Below are positions 11,101 to 23,420 of a stretch of DNA of 64,000 bases, piece by piece. A program made the translations under genes and the position numbers. Under the pieces are notes generated by a model that saw only the letters and a list, made by a program, of their open reading frames with translations, was not told the DNA's origin and did not search any database. The stretch's first letter is position 1. Each line of letters starts with the position of its first letter. This DNA comes from Eledone cirrhosa (taxonomy: Eukaryota). The stretch spans positions 127,472,001 through 127,536,000 of the forward strand of contig OZ024744.1 in assembly GCA_964016885.1 (NCBI GenBank), read 5' to 3'.

Positions 11101-14100
11101 GTTAAGTTGGGGGTAACTTAAGTGGAGGGTAAGTTAAGTTGAGGGTAAGTTAAGTTGAGGGTAAGTTAAGTTGAGGTTAAGTTAAGTTGGGGTTAAGTTA
11201 AGTTGGGGGTAAGTTAAGTTGGGGGTAAGTTAAGTTGGGGTTAAGTTAAGTTGGGGGTAAGATAAGTTGGGGCTAAGTTAAGTTGGGGCTAAGTCAAGTT
11301 GGGGTTAAGTCAAGTTGAGGTTAACTTAAGTTGGGGTTAAGTTAAGTTGGGGTTAACTTAAGTTGGGGTTAAGGTATGTTGGGGTTAAGTTAAGTTGGGG
11401 CTAAGTTAAGTTGGGGCTGAGTTAAGTTGGGGTTAAGTTGGGGTTAATTTAAGTTGGGGTTAAGTTAAGTTGGGGTTAAGTTAAGTTCGGGTTGAGTTAA
11501 GTTGGGGTTAAGTTAAGTTGGGGTTAATTTAAGTTGGGGTTAATTAAGTTGGGGTTAAGATAAGTTGGGGTTAAGTTAAGTTGGGGTTAAGTTAAGTTGG
11601 GGTTGAGTTAATTTGGGGTTAAGTTAAGTTGGGGTTAACTTAAGTTGGGGTTAAGTTAAGTTGGGGTTAAGTTAAGTTGGGGGTAAGTTAAGTTGGGGGC
11701 AAGTTGAGTTGGGGTTAAGTTAAGTTGGGGTTAAATTAAGGTGGGGGTAAGTTAAGTTGGGGGTAAGTTAAGTTGGGGTTAAGTTAAGTTGGGGTTAAGT
11801 TAAGTTGGGTTTAAGTTAAGTTGGGGCTATGTTTAGTTGGGGCTAAGTTAAGTTGGGGCTGAGTTAAGTTGGGGTTAAGTTAAGTTGGGGTTGAGTTAAG
11901 TTGGGGTTATCTTAAGTTGGGGTTAAGTTGGTGTTAAGTTAAGTTGGGGTTAAATTAAGTTGGGGGTTAGTTAAGTTGGGGCAAGTTAAGTTGGGGTTAA
12001 TTTAAGTTGGGGTTAAGTTAAGTTGGGGTTATGTTAAGTTGGGGGTAAGTTAAGTTGAGGGTAAGTTAAGTCGGGGTTAATTTAAGTTGGGGTTAAGTTA
12101 AGTTGGGGTTATGTTAAGTTGGGGGTAAGTTAAGTTGAGGTTAAGTTAAGTTGCGGGTAAGATAAGTTGGTCCTAAGTTAAGTTGGGGCTAAGTCAAGTT
12201 GGGGTTAAGTCAAGTTGAGGTTAACTTAAGTTGGGGTTAAGTTAAGTTGGGGTTAAGTTAAGTCGGGGTTAAGTTAAGTTGGGGTTAAGGTAAGTTGGGG
12301 TTATGTTAAGTTGGGGTTAAGTTAAGTTGGGGCTGAGTTAAGTTGGGGTTAAGTTAAGTTGGGGTTGAGTTAAGTTGGGGTTAAGTTAAGTTGGGGTTAA
12401 GATAAGTTGGGGTTAAGTTAAGTTGGGGTTAAGTTAAGTTGGGGTTGAGTTAATTTGGGGTTAAGTTAAGTTGGGGTTAACTTAAGTTGGGGTTAAGTTG
12501 GGGTTAAGTTAAGTTGGGGGTAGGTTAAGTTGGGGGCAAGTTAAGTTGGGGTTAAGTTAAGTTGGGGTTAAGTTAAGTTGGGGGTAAGTTAAGTCGGGGT
12601 TAAGTTAAGTTGGGGTTTAGTTAAGTTGGGTTTAAGTTAAGGTGGGGCTAAGTTAAGTTGGGGCTAAGTTAAGTTGGGGCTGAGTTAAGTAGGGGGTAAG
12701 TTAAGTTGGGTGTAAGTTAAGTTGGGGTTCAGTTCAGTTGGGGTTAAGTTAAGTTGGGGTTAAGTTAAGCTGGGGTTAAGTTAAGTTGGGGTTAAGTTAA
12801 GTTGGGGTTAAGTTAAGTTGGGGTTAAGTTAAGTTGGGGGTAAGTTAAGTTGGGGGTAAGTTAAGTTGGGGGCAAGTTAAGTTGGGGTTAAGTTAAGTTC
12901 GGGTTAAGTTAAGTTGGGGTTAAGTTAAGTTAGGGTTAATTTCAGTTGGGGTTAACTTAAGTTGGGGTTAAGTTAAGTAAGGGTTAATTTAAGTTGGGGT
13001 TATGTTAAGTTGGGGTTAAGTTAAGTTGGGGTTAAGTTAAGTTGGTGTTAAGTAAAGTTGGGGTTAAGTTAAGTTGTGGGTTAAGTTAAGTTGGGGTTAA
13101 GTTAAGTTGGGGTTAAGTTAAGTTGGTGTTAAGTAAAGTTGGGCTTAAGTTAAGTTGGGTTTGAGTTAAGTTGGGTCTAAGTTAAGTTAGGGTTAATTTA
13201 AGTTGGGGTTATGTTAAGTTGGGGTTAAGTTAAGTTGGGGCTAGGTTAAGTTGGGTCTAAGTTAAGTTGGGGTTAAGTTAAGTTGGGGTTAAGTTAAGTT
13301 GGGGTTAAATTAAGTTGGGGTTAAGTTAAGTTGGGGTTAAGCTAAGTTGGGGTTAAGTTAATTTGCGGTTAAGTTAGGTTGTTGGTTAATTTAAGTTGGG
13401 GGTAAGTTAAGTTGGGGGTAAGTTAAGTTGGGGTTAAGTTAAGTTGGGGTTAAGTTAAGTTGGGGTTAAATTAAGTTGGGGTTAAGTTAAGTTGTGGTTA
13501 AGTTCAGTTGGGGTTAAGTTAAGTTGGGGTTAAGTTATGCTGGGGGTAAGTTAAGTTGGGTGTAAGTTAAGTTGGGGTTAAGTTAAGTTGGGGTTAAGTT
13601 AAGTTGGGGTTAAATTAAGTTGGGGTTAAGTTAAGTTGGGGTTATGTTAAGTTGGGGTTAAGTTAAGTTGGGGTTAAGATAAGTTGGGGTTAAGTTAAGT
13701 TGAGGTTAAGTTAAGTTGGAGTTAAGTTAAGTTGGGGTTAAGCTAAGTTGGGGTTAAGTTAATTTGCGGTTAAGTTAGGTTGTGGGTTAAGTTAAGTTGG
13801 GGTTAAGTTAAGCTGGGGTTAAGTTGGGGTAAGTTAAGTTGGGGGTAAGTTAAGTTGGGGTTAAGTTAAGTTGGGGTTAAGTTAAGTTGGGGTTAAGTTA
13901 AGTTGGGGTTGAGTTAAGTTGAGGTTGAGTTAAGTTGGGGTTAAGTTAAGTTGGGGTTAAGTTAAGTTGGGGTTAAGTTAAGTTGGGGTTAAGTTAAGTT
14001 GGGGGTAAGTTAAGTTGGGGGCAAGTTAAGTTGGGGTTAAGTTAAGTTGGGGTTAAGTTAAGTTGGGGTTAAGTTAAGTTGGGGTTAAGTTAAATTGGGG

Positions 14101-15000
14101 TTAAGTTAAGTTAGGGTTAATTTCAGTTGGGGTTATGTTAAGTTGGGGTTAAGTTAAGTTGGGGTTAAGTTAAAGTTGGGGTTAAGTTAAGTTGGGGTAA
14201 AGTTAAGTTAGGGTTAAGTTAAGTTGGGGTTAAGTTAAGTTGGGGTTAAATTAAGTTGGGGTTAAGTTAAGTTGGGGTTAAGTTAAGTTGGGGTTAAATT
14301 AAGTTGGGGTTCACTTAAGTTGGGGTTAAATTAAGTTGGGGTTAAGTTAAGTTGGGGTTAGTTAAGTTGGGGTTAAGTTAAGTTGGGGTTAAGTTAAGTT
14401 GGGGTTAAGTTAAGTTGGGGTTAAGTTAAGTTGGCGTTAAGTTAAGTTGGGGTTAAGTTAAGTTGGGGTTAAATTAAGTTGGGGTTAAGTTAAGTTGGGG
14501 TTAACTTAAGTTGGGGTTAAGTTAAGTTGGGGTTAAGTTAAGTTGGAGTTAAGTCAAGTTGGGGTTAAGTCAAGTTGGGGTTAAGTCAAGTTGGGGTTAA
14601 GTCAAGTTGGGGTTAAGTTAAGTTGGGGTTAAGTTAAGTTGGGGTTAAGTTAAGTTGGGGGTAAGTTAAGTTGGGTGTAAGTTAAGTTGGGGTTAAGTTA
14701 AGTTGGGGTTCAGTTCAGTTGGGGTTAAGTGAAGTTGGGGTTAAGTTAAGATGGGGGTAAGTTAAGTTGGGGTTAAATTAAGTTGGGGTTAAGTTAAGTT
14801 GGGGTTAAGTTAAGTTGGGGTTAAGTTAAGTTGGAGTTAAGTTAAGTTGGAGTTAAGTTAAGTTGGGGTTAAGCTAAGTTGGGGTTCAGTTAAGTTGGGG
14901 TTAAGTTAATTTGGGGCTGAGTTAAGTTGGGGTTAAGTTAAGTTCGGGTTGAGTTAAGTTGGGGTTAAGTTAAGTTGGGGTTAAGTTAAGTTGGGGTTAA
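8200..15000 (+). repeat. Block with dispersed copies at ~37,000-43,700 (offset ~28.7-28.8 kb) and a partial copy at ~29,000-31,950 (offset 20,794)
   Basis: AAA at 8,234/29,028/37,034, GGGGTGAAG at 8,469/29,263, TTATCTT at 11,911/40,673, GTAAGGG at 12,977/41,691, AAA at 14,172/42,854. Confidence 0.8.
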
Positions 15001-18000
15001 GTTAAGTTGGGGTTAAGATAAGTTGGGGTTAAGTTATGCTGGGGGTAAGTTAAGTTGGGTGTAAGTTAAGTTGGGGTTAATTTAAGTTGGGGTTGAGTTA
15101 ATTTGGGTTTAAGTTAAGTTGGGCTTAACTTAAGTTGGGGTTAAGTTGGGGTTAAGTTAAGTTGGGGTTAAGTTGGGGTTCAGTTAAGTTGGGGGTAAGT
15201 TAAGTTGGGGGCAAGTTAAGTTGGGGTTAATTTAAGTTGGGGTTAAGTTAAGTTGGGGTTATGTTAAGTTGGGGTTAATTTAAGTTGGGGTTAAGTTAAG
15301 TTGGGGGTAACTTAAGTTGAGGGTAAGTTAAGTTGAGGGTAAGTTAAGTTGAGGGTAAGTTAAGTTGAGGTTAAGGTAAGTTGGGGTTAAGTTAAGTTGG
15401 GGGTAAGTTAAGTTGGGGGTAAGTTAAGTTGGGGTTAAGTTAAGTTGGGGGTAAGATAAGTTGGGGCTAAGTTAAGTTGGGGCTAAGTCAAGTTGGGGTT
15501 AAGTCAAGTTGAGGTTAACTTAAGTTGGGGTTAAGTTAAGTTGGGGTTAACTTAAGTTGGGGTTAAGGTATGTTGGGGTTAAGTTAAGTTGGGGCTAAGT
15601 TAAGTTGGGGCTGAGTTAAGTTGGGGTTAAGTTGGGGTTAATTTAAGTTGGGGTTAAGTTAAGTTGGGGTTAAGTTAAGTTCGGGTTGAGTTAAGTTGGG
15701 GTTAAGTTAAGTTGGGGTTAATTTAAGTTGGGGTTAATTAAGTTGGGGTTAAGATAAGTTGGGGTTAAGTTAAGTTGGGGTTAAGTTAAGTTGGGGTTGA
15801 GTTAATTTGGGGTTAAGTTAAGTTGGGGTTAACTTAAGTTGGGGTTAAGTTAAGTTGGGGTTAAGTTAAGTTGGGGGTAAGTTAAGTTGGGGGCAAGTTG
15901 AGTTGGGGTTAAGTTAAGTTGGGGTTAAATTAAGGTGGGGGTAAGTTAAGTTGGGGGTAAGTTAAGTTGGGGTTAAGTTAAGTTGGGGTTAAGTTAAGTT
16001 GGGTTTAAGTTAAGTTGGGGCTATGTTTAGTTGGGGCTAAGTTAAGTTGGGGCTGAGTTAAGTTGGGGTTAAGTTAAGTTGGGGTTGAGTTAAGTTGGGG
16101 TTATCTTAAGTTGGGGTTAAGTTGGTGTTAAGTTAAGTTGGGGTTAAATTAAGTTGGGGGTTAGTTAAGTTGGGGCAAGTTAAGTTGGGGTTAATTTAAG
16201 TTGGGGTTAAGTTAAGTTGGGGTTATGTTAAGTTGGGGGTAAGTTAAGTTGAGGGTAAGTTAAGTCGGGGTTAAGTTAAGTTGGGGTTAAATTAAGTTGG
16301 GGCTGAGTTAAGTAGGGGGTAAGTTAAGTTGGGTGTAAGTTAAGTTGGGGTTCAGTTCAGTTGGGGTTAAGTTAAGTTGGGGTTAAGTTAAGCTGGGGTT
16401 AAGTTAAGTTGGGGTTAAGTTAAGTTGGGGTTAAGTTAAGTTGGGGTTAAGTTAAGTTGGGGGTAAGTTAAGTTGGGGGTAAGTTAAGTTGGGGGCAAGT
16501 TAAGTTGGGGTTAAGTTAAGTTCGGGTTAAGTTAAGTTGGGGTTAAGTTAAGTTAGGGTTAATTTCAGTTGGGGTTAACTTAAGTTGGGGTTAAGTTAAG
16601 TAAGGGTTAATTTAAGTTGGGGTTATGTTAAGTTGGGGTTAAGTTAAGTTGGGGTTAAGTTAAGTTGGTGTTAAGTAAAGTTGGGGTTAAGTTAAGTTGT
16701 GGGTTAAGTTAAGTTGGGGTTAAGTTAAGTTGGGGTTAAGTTAAGTTGGTGTTAAGTAAAGTTGGGCTTAAGTTAAGTTGGGTTTGAGTTAAGTTGGGTC
16801 TAAGTTAAGTTAGGGTTAATTTAAGTTGGGGTTAAGTTAAGTTGGGGTTAAGTTAAGTTGGGGTTAAATTAAGTTGGGGTTAAGTTAAGTTGGGGTTAAG
16901 CTAAGTTGGGGTTAAGTTAATTTGCGGTTAAGTTAGGTTGTTGGTTAATTTAAGTTGGGGGTAAGTTAAGTTGGGGGTAAGTTAAGTTGGGGTTAAGTTA
17001 AGTTGGGGTTAAGTTAAGTTGGGGTTAAATTAAGTTGGGGTTAAGTTAAGTTGTGGTTAAGTTCAGTTGGGGTTAAGTTAAGTTGGGGTTAAGTTATGCT
17101 GGGGGTAAGTTAAGTTGGGTGTAAGTTAAGTTGGGGTTAAGTTAAGTTGGGGTTAAGTTAAGTTGGGGTTAAATTAAGTTGGGGTTAAGTTAAGTTGGGG
17201 TTATGTTAAGTTGGGGTTAAGTTAAGTTGGGGTTAAGATAAGTTGGGGTTAAGTTAAGTTGAGGTTAAGTTAAGTTGGAGTTAAGTTAAGTTGGGGTTAA
17301 GCTAAGTTGGGGTTAAGTTAATTTGCGGTTAAGTTAGGTTGTGGGTTAAGTTAAGTTGGGGTTAAGTTAAGCTGGGGTTAAGTTGGGGTAAGTTAAGTTG
17401 GGGGTAAGTTAAGTTGGGGTTAAGTTAAGTTGGGGTTAAGTTAAGTTGGGGTTAAGTTAAGTTGGGGTTGAGTTAAGTTGAGGTTGAGTTAAGTTGGGGT
17501 TAAGTTAAGTTGGGGTTAAGTTAAGTTGGGGTTAAGTTAAGTTGGGGTTAAGTTAAGTTGGGGGTAAGTTAAGTTGGGGGCAAGTTAAGTTGGGGTTAAG
17601 TTAAGTTGGGGTTAAATTAAGTTGGGGTTAAGTTAAGTTGGGGTTAAGTTAAATTGGGGTTAAGTTAAGTTAGGGTTAATTTCAGTTGGGGTTATGTTAA
17701 GTTGGGGTTAAGTTAAGTTGGGGTTAAGTTAAAGTTGGGGTTAAGTTAAGTTGGGGTAAAGTTAAGTTAGGGTTAAGTTAAGTTGGGGTTAAGTTAAGTT
17801 GGGGTTAAATTAAGTTGGGGTTAAGTTAAGTTGGGGTTAAGTTAAGTTGGGGTTAAATTAAGTTGGGGTTCACTTAAGTTGGGGTTAAATTAAGTTGGGG
17901 TTAAGTTAAGTTGGGGTTAGTTAAGTTGGGGTTAAGTTAAGTTGGGGTTAAGTTAAGTTGGGGTTAAGTTAAGTTGGGGTTAAGTTAAGTTGGCGTTAAG

Positions 18001-21000
18001 TTAAGTTGGGGTTAAGTTAAGTTGGGGTTAAATTAAGTTGGGGTTAAGTTAAGTTGGGGTTAACTTAAGTTGGGGTTAAGTTAAGTTGGGGTTAAGTTAA
18101 GTTGGAGTTAAGTCAAGTTGGGGTTAAGTCAAGTTGGGGTTAAGTCAAGTTGGGGTTAAGTCAAGTTGGGGTTAAGTTAAGTTGGGGTTAAGTTAAGTTG
18201 GGGTTAAGTTAAGTTGGGGGTAAGTTAAGTTGGGTGTAAGTTAAGTTGGGGTTAAGTTAAGTTGGGGTTCAGTTCAGTTGGGGTTAAGTGAAGTTGGGGT
18301 TAAGTTAAGATGGGGGTAAGTTAAGTTGGGGTTAAATTAAGTTGGGGTTAAGTTAAGTTGGGGTTAAGTTAAGTTGGGGTTAAGTTAAGTTGGAGTTAAG
18401 TTAAGTTGGAGTTAAGTTAAGTTGGGGTTAAGCTAAGTTGGGGTTCAGTTAAGTTGGGGTTAAGTTAATTTGGGGCTGAGTTAAGTTGGGGTTAAGTTAA
18501 GTTCGGGTTGAGTTAAGTTGGGGTTAAGTTAAGTTGGGGTTAAGTTAAGTTGGGGTTAAGTTAAGTTGGGGTTAAGATAAGTTGGGGTTAAGTTATGCTG
18601 GGGGTAAGTTAAGTTGGGTGTAAGTTAAGTTGGGGTTAATTTAAGTTGGGGTTGAGTTAATTTGGGTTTAAGTTAAGTTGGGCTTAACTTAAGTTGGGGT
18701 TAAGTTGGGGTTAAGTTAAGTTGGGGTTAAGTTGGGGTTCAGTTAAGTTGGGGGTAAGTTAAGTTGGGGGCAAGTTAAGTTGGGGTTAATTTAAGTTGGG
18801 GTTAAGTTAAGTTGGGGTTATGTTAAGTTGGGGTTAATTTAAGTTGGGGTTAAGTTAAGTTGGGGGTAACTTAAGTTGAGGGTAAGTTAAGTTGAGGGTA
18901 AGTTAAGTTGAGGGTAAGTTAAGTTGAGGTTAAGGTAAGTTGGGGTTAAGTTAAGTTGGGGGTAAGTTAAGTTGGGGGTAAGTTAAGTTGGGGTTAAGTT
19001 AAGTTGGGGGTAAGATAAGTTGGGGCTAAGTTAAGTTGGGGCTAAGTCAAGTTGGGGTTAAGTCAAGTTGAGGTTAACTTAAGTTGGGGTTAAGTTAAGT
19101 TGGGGTTAACTTAAGTTGGGGTTAAGGTATGTTGGGGTTAAGTTAAGTTGGGGCTAAGTTAAGTTGGGGCTGAGTTAAGTTGGGGTTAAGTTGGGGTTAA
19201 TTTAAGTTGGGGTTAAGTTAAGTTGGGGTTAAGTTAAGTTCGGGTTGAGTTAAGTTGGGGTTAAGTTAAGTTGGGGTTAATTTAAGTTGGGGTTAATTAA
19301 GTTGGGGTTAAGATAAGTTGGGGTTAAGTTAAGTTGGGGTTAAGTTAAGTTGGGGTTGAGTTAATTTGGGGTTAAGTTAAGTTGGGGTTAACTTAAGTTG
19401 GGGTTAAGTTAAGTTGGGGTTAAGTTAAGTTGGGGGTAAGTTAAGTTGGGGGCAAGTTGAGTTGGGGTTAAGTTAAGTTGGGGTTAAATTAAGGTGGGGG
19501 TAAGTTAAGTTGGGGGTAAGTTAAGTTGGGGTTAAGTTAAGTTGGGGTTAAGTTAAGTTGGGTTTAAGTTAAGTTGGGGCTATGTTTAGTTGGGGCTAAG
19601 TTAAGTTGGGGCTGAGTTAAGTTGGGGTTAAGTTAAGTTGGGGTTGAGTTAAGTTGGGGTTATCTTAAGTTGGGGTTAAGTTGGTGTTAAGTTAAGTTGG
19701 GGTTAAATTAAGTTGGGGGTTAGTTAAGTTGGGGCAAGTTAAGTTGGGGTTAATTTAAGTTGGGGTTAAGTTAAGTTGGGGTTATGTTAAGTTGGGGGTA
19801 AGTTAAGTTGAGGGTAAGTTAAGTCGGGGTTAAGTTAAGTTGGGGTTAAATTAAGTTGGGGCTGAGTTAAGTAGGGGGTAAGTTAAGTTGGGTGTAAGTT
19901 AAGTTGGGGTTCAGTTCAGTTGGGGTTAAGTTAAGTTGGGGTTAAGTTAAGCTGGGGTTAAGTTAAGTTGGGGTTAAGTTAAGTTGGGGTTAAGTTAAGT
20001 TGGGGTTAAGTTAAGTTGGGGGTAAGTTAAGTTGGGGGTAAGTTAAGTTGGGGGCAAGTTAAGTTGGGGTTAAGTTAAGTTCGGGTTAAGTTAAGTTGGG
20101 GTTAAGTTAAGTTAGGGTTAATTTCAGTTGGGGTTAACTTAAGTTGGGGTTAAGTTAAGTAAGGGTTAATTTAAGTTGGGGTTATGTTAAGTTGGGGTTA
20201 AGTTAAGTTGGGGTTAAGTTAAGTTGGTGTTAAGTAAAGTTGGGGTTAAGTTAAGTTGTGGGTTAAGTTAAGTTGGGGTTAAGTTAAGTTGGGGTTAAGT
20301 TAAGTTGGTGTTAAGTAAAGTTGGGCTTAAGTTAAGTTGGGTTTGAGTTAAGTTGGGTCTAAGTTAAGTTAGGGTTAATTTAAGTTGGGGTTAAGTTAAG
20401 TTGGGGTTAAGTTAAGTTGGGGTTAAATTAAGTTGGGGTTAAGTTAAGTTGGGGTTAAGCTAAGTTGGGGTTAAGTTAATTTGCGGTTAAGTTAGGTTGT
20501 TGGTTAATTTAAGTTGGGGGTAAGTTAAGTTGGGGGTAAGTTAAGTTGGGGTTAAGTTAAGTTGGGGTTAAGTTAAGTTGGGGTTAAATTAAGTTGGGGT
20601 TAAGTTAAGTTGTGGTTAAGTTCAGTTGGGGTTAAGTTAAGTTGGGGTTAAGTTATGCTGGGGGTAAGTTAAGTTGGGTGTAAGTTAAGTTGGGGTTAAG
20701 TTAAGTTGGGGTTAAGTTAAGTTGGGGTTAAATTAAGTTGGGGTTAAGTTAAGTTGGGGTTATGTTAAGTTGGGGTTAAGTTAAGTTGGGGTTAAGATAA
20801 GTTGGGGTTAAGTTAAGTTGAGGTTAAGTTAAGTTGGAGTTAAGTTAAGTTGGGGTTAAGCTAAGTTGGGGTTAAGTTAATTTGCGGTTAAGTTAGGTTG
20901 TGGGTTAAGTTAAGTTGGGGTTAAGTTAAGCTGGGGTTAAGTTGGGGTAAGTTAAGTTGGGGGTAAGTTAAGTTGGGGTTAAGTTAAGTTGGGGTTAAGT

Positions 21001-23420
21001 TAAGTTGGGGTTAAGTTAAGTTGGGGTTGAGTTAAGTTGAGGTTGAGTTAAGTTGGGGTTAAGTTAAGTTGGGGTTAAGTTAAGTTGGGGTTAAGTTAAG
21101 TTGGGGTTAAGTTAAGTTGGGGGTAAGTTAAGTTGGGGGCAAGTTAAGTTGGGGTTAAGTTAAGTTGGGGTTAAATTAAGTTGGGGTTAAGTTAAGTTGG
21201 GGTTAAGTTAAATTGGGGTTAAGTTAAGTTAGGGTTAATTTCAGTTGGGGTTATGTTAAGTTGGGGTTAAGTTAAGTTGGGGTTAAGTTAAAGTTGGGGT
21301 TAAGTTAAGTTGGGGTAAAGTTAAGTTAGGGTTAAGTTAAGTTGGGGTTAAGTTAAGTTGGGGTTAAATTAAGTTGGGGTTAAGTTAAGTTGGGGTTAAG
21401 TTAAGTTGGGGTTAAATTAAGTTGGGGTTCACTTAAGTTGGGGTTAAATTAAGTTGGGGTTAAGTTAAGTTGGGGTTAGTTAAGTTGGGGTTAAGTTAAG
21501 TTGGGGTTAAGTTAAGTTGGGGTTAAGTTAAGTTGGGGTTAAGTTAAGTTGGCGTTAAGTTAAGTTGGGGTTAAGTTAAGTTGGGGTTAAATTAAGTTGG
21601 GGTTAAGTTAAGTTGGGGTTAACTTAAGTTGGGGTTAAGTTAAGTTGGGGTTAAGTTAAGTTGGAGTTAAGTCAAGTTGGGGTTAAGTCAAGTTGGGGTT
21701 AAGTCAAGTTGGGGTTAAGTCAAGTTGGGGTTAAGTTAAGTTGGGGTTAAGTTAAGTTGGGGTTAAGTTAAGTTGGGGGTAAGTTAAGTTGGGTGTAAGT
21801 TAAGTTGGGGTTAAGTTAAGTTGGGGTTCAGTTCAGTTGGGGTTAAGTGAAGTTGGGGTTAAGTTAAGATGGGGGTAAGTTAAGTTGGGGTTAAATTAAG
21901 TTGGGGTTAAGTTAAGTTGGGGTTAAGTTAAGTTGGGGTTAAGTTAAGTTGGAGTTAAGTTAAGTTGGAGTTAAGTTAAGTTGGGGTTAAGCTAAGTTGG
22001 GGTTCAGTTAAGTTGGGGTTAAGTTAATTTGGGGCTGAGTTAAGTTGGGGTTAAGTTAAGTTCGGGTTGAGTTAAGTTGGGGTTAAGTTAAGTTGGGGTT
22101 AAGTTAAGTTGGGGTTAAGTTAAGTTGGGGTTAAGATAAGTTGGGGTTAAGTTATGCTGGGGGTAAGTTAAGTTGGGTGTAAGTTAAGTTGGGGTTAATT
22201 TAAGTTGGGGTTGAGTTAATTTGGGTTTAAGTTAAGTTGGGCTTAACTTAAGTTGGGGTTAAGTTGGGGTTAAGTTAAGTTGGGGTTAAGTTGGGGTTCA
22301 GTTAAGTTGGGGGTAAGTTAAGTTGGGGGCAAGTTAAGTTGGGGTTAATTTAAGTTGGGGTTAAGTTAAGTTGGGGTTATGTTAAGTTGGGGTTAATTTA
22401 AGTTGGGGTTAAGTTAAGTTGGGGGTAACTTAAGTTGAGGGTAAGTTAAGTTGAGGGTAAGTTAAGTTGAGGGTAAGTTAAGTTGAGGTTAAGGTAAGTT
22501 GGGGTTAAGTTAAGTTGGGGGTAAGTTAAGTTGGGGGTAAGTTAAGTTGGGGTTAAGTTAAGTTGGGGGTAAGATAAGTTGGGGCTAAGTTAAGTTGGGG
22601 CTAAGTCAAGTTGGGGTTAAGTCAAGTTGAGGTTAACTTAAGTTGGGGTTAAGTTAAGTTGGGGTTAACTTAAGTTGGGGTTAAGGTATGTTGGGGTTAA
22701 GTTAAGTTGGGGCTAAGTTAAGTTGGGGCTGAGTTAAGTTGGGGTTAAGTTGGGGTTAATTTAAGTTGGGGTTAAGTTAAGTTGGGGTTAAGTTAAGTTC
22801 GGGTTGAGTTAAGTTGGGGTTAAGTTAAGTTGGGGTTAATTTAAGTTGGGGTTAATTAAGTTGGGGTTAAGATAAGTTGGGGTTAAGTTAAGTTGGGGTT
22901 AAGTTAAGTTGGGGTTGAGTTAATTTGGGGTTAAGTTAAGTTGGGGTTAACTTAAGTTGGGGTTAAGTTAAGTTGGGGTTAAGTTAAGTTGGGGGTAAGT
23001 TAAGTTGGGGGCAAGTTGAGTTGGGGTTAAGTTAAGTTGGGGTTAAATTAAGGTGGGGGTAAGTTAAGTTGGGGGTAAGTTAAGTTGGGGTTAAGTTAAG
23101 TTGGGGTTAAGTTAAGTTGGGTTTAAGTTAAGTTGGGGCTATGTTTAGTTGGGGCTAAGTTAAGTTGGGGCTGAGTTAAGTTGGGGTTAAGTTAAGTTGG
23201 GGTTGAGTTAAGTTGGGGTTATCTTAAGTTGGGGTTAAGTTGGTGTTAAGTTAAGTTGGGGTTAAATTAAGTTGGGGGTTAGTTAAGTTGGGGCAAGTTA
23301 AGTTGGGGTTAATTTAAGTTGGGGTTAAGTTAAGTTGGGGTTATGTTAAGTTGGGGGTAAGTTAAGTTGAGGGTAAGTTAAGTCGGGGTTAAGTTAAGTT
23401 GGGGTTAAATTAAGTTGGGG
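12680..23420 (+). repeat. Higher-order repeat: ~3 tandem copies of a 3,559-bp unit (first copy 3,623 bp)
   Basis: AAA insertion at 14,172, 17,731 and 21,290 (3,559 apart). GTAAGGG at 12,977, 16,600 and 20,159 (3,623 then 3,559 apart). Periodicity breaks at 23,421. Confidence 0.92.
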
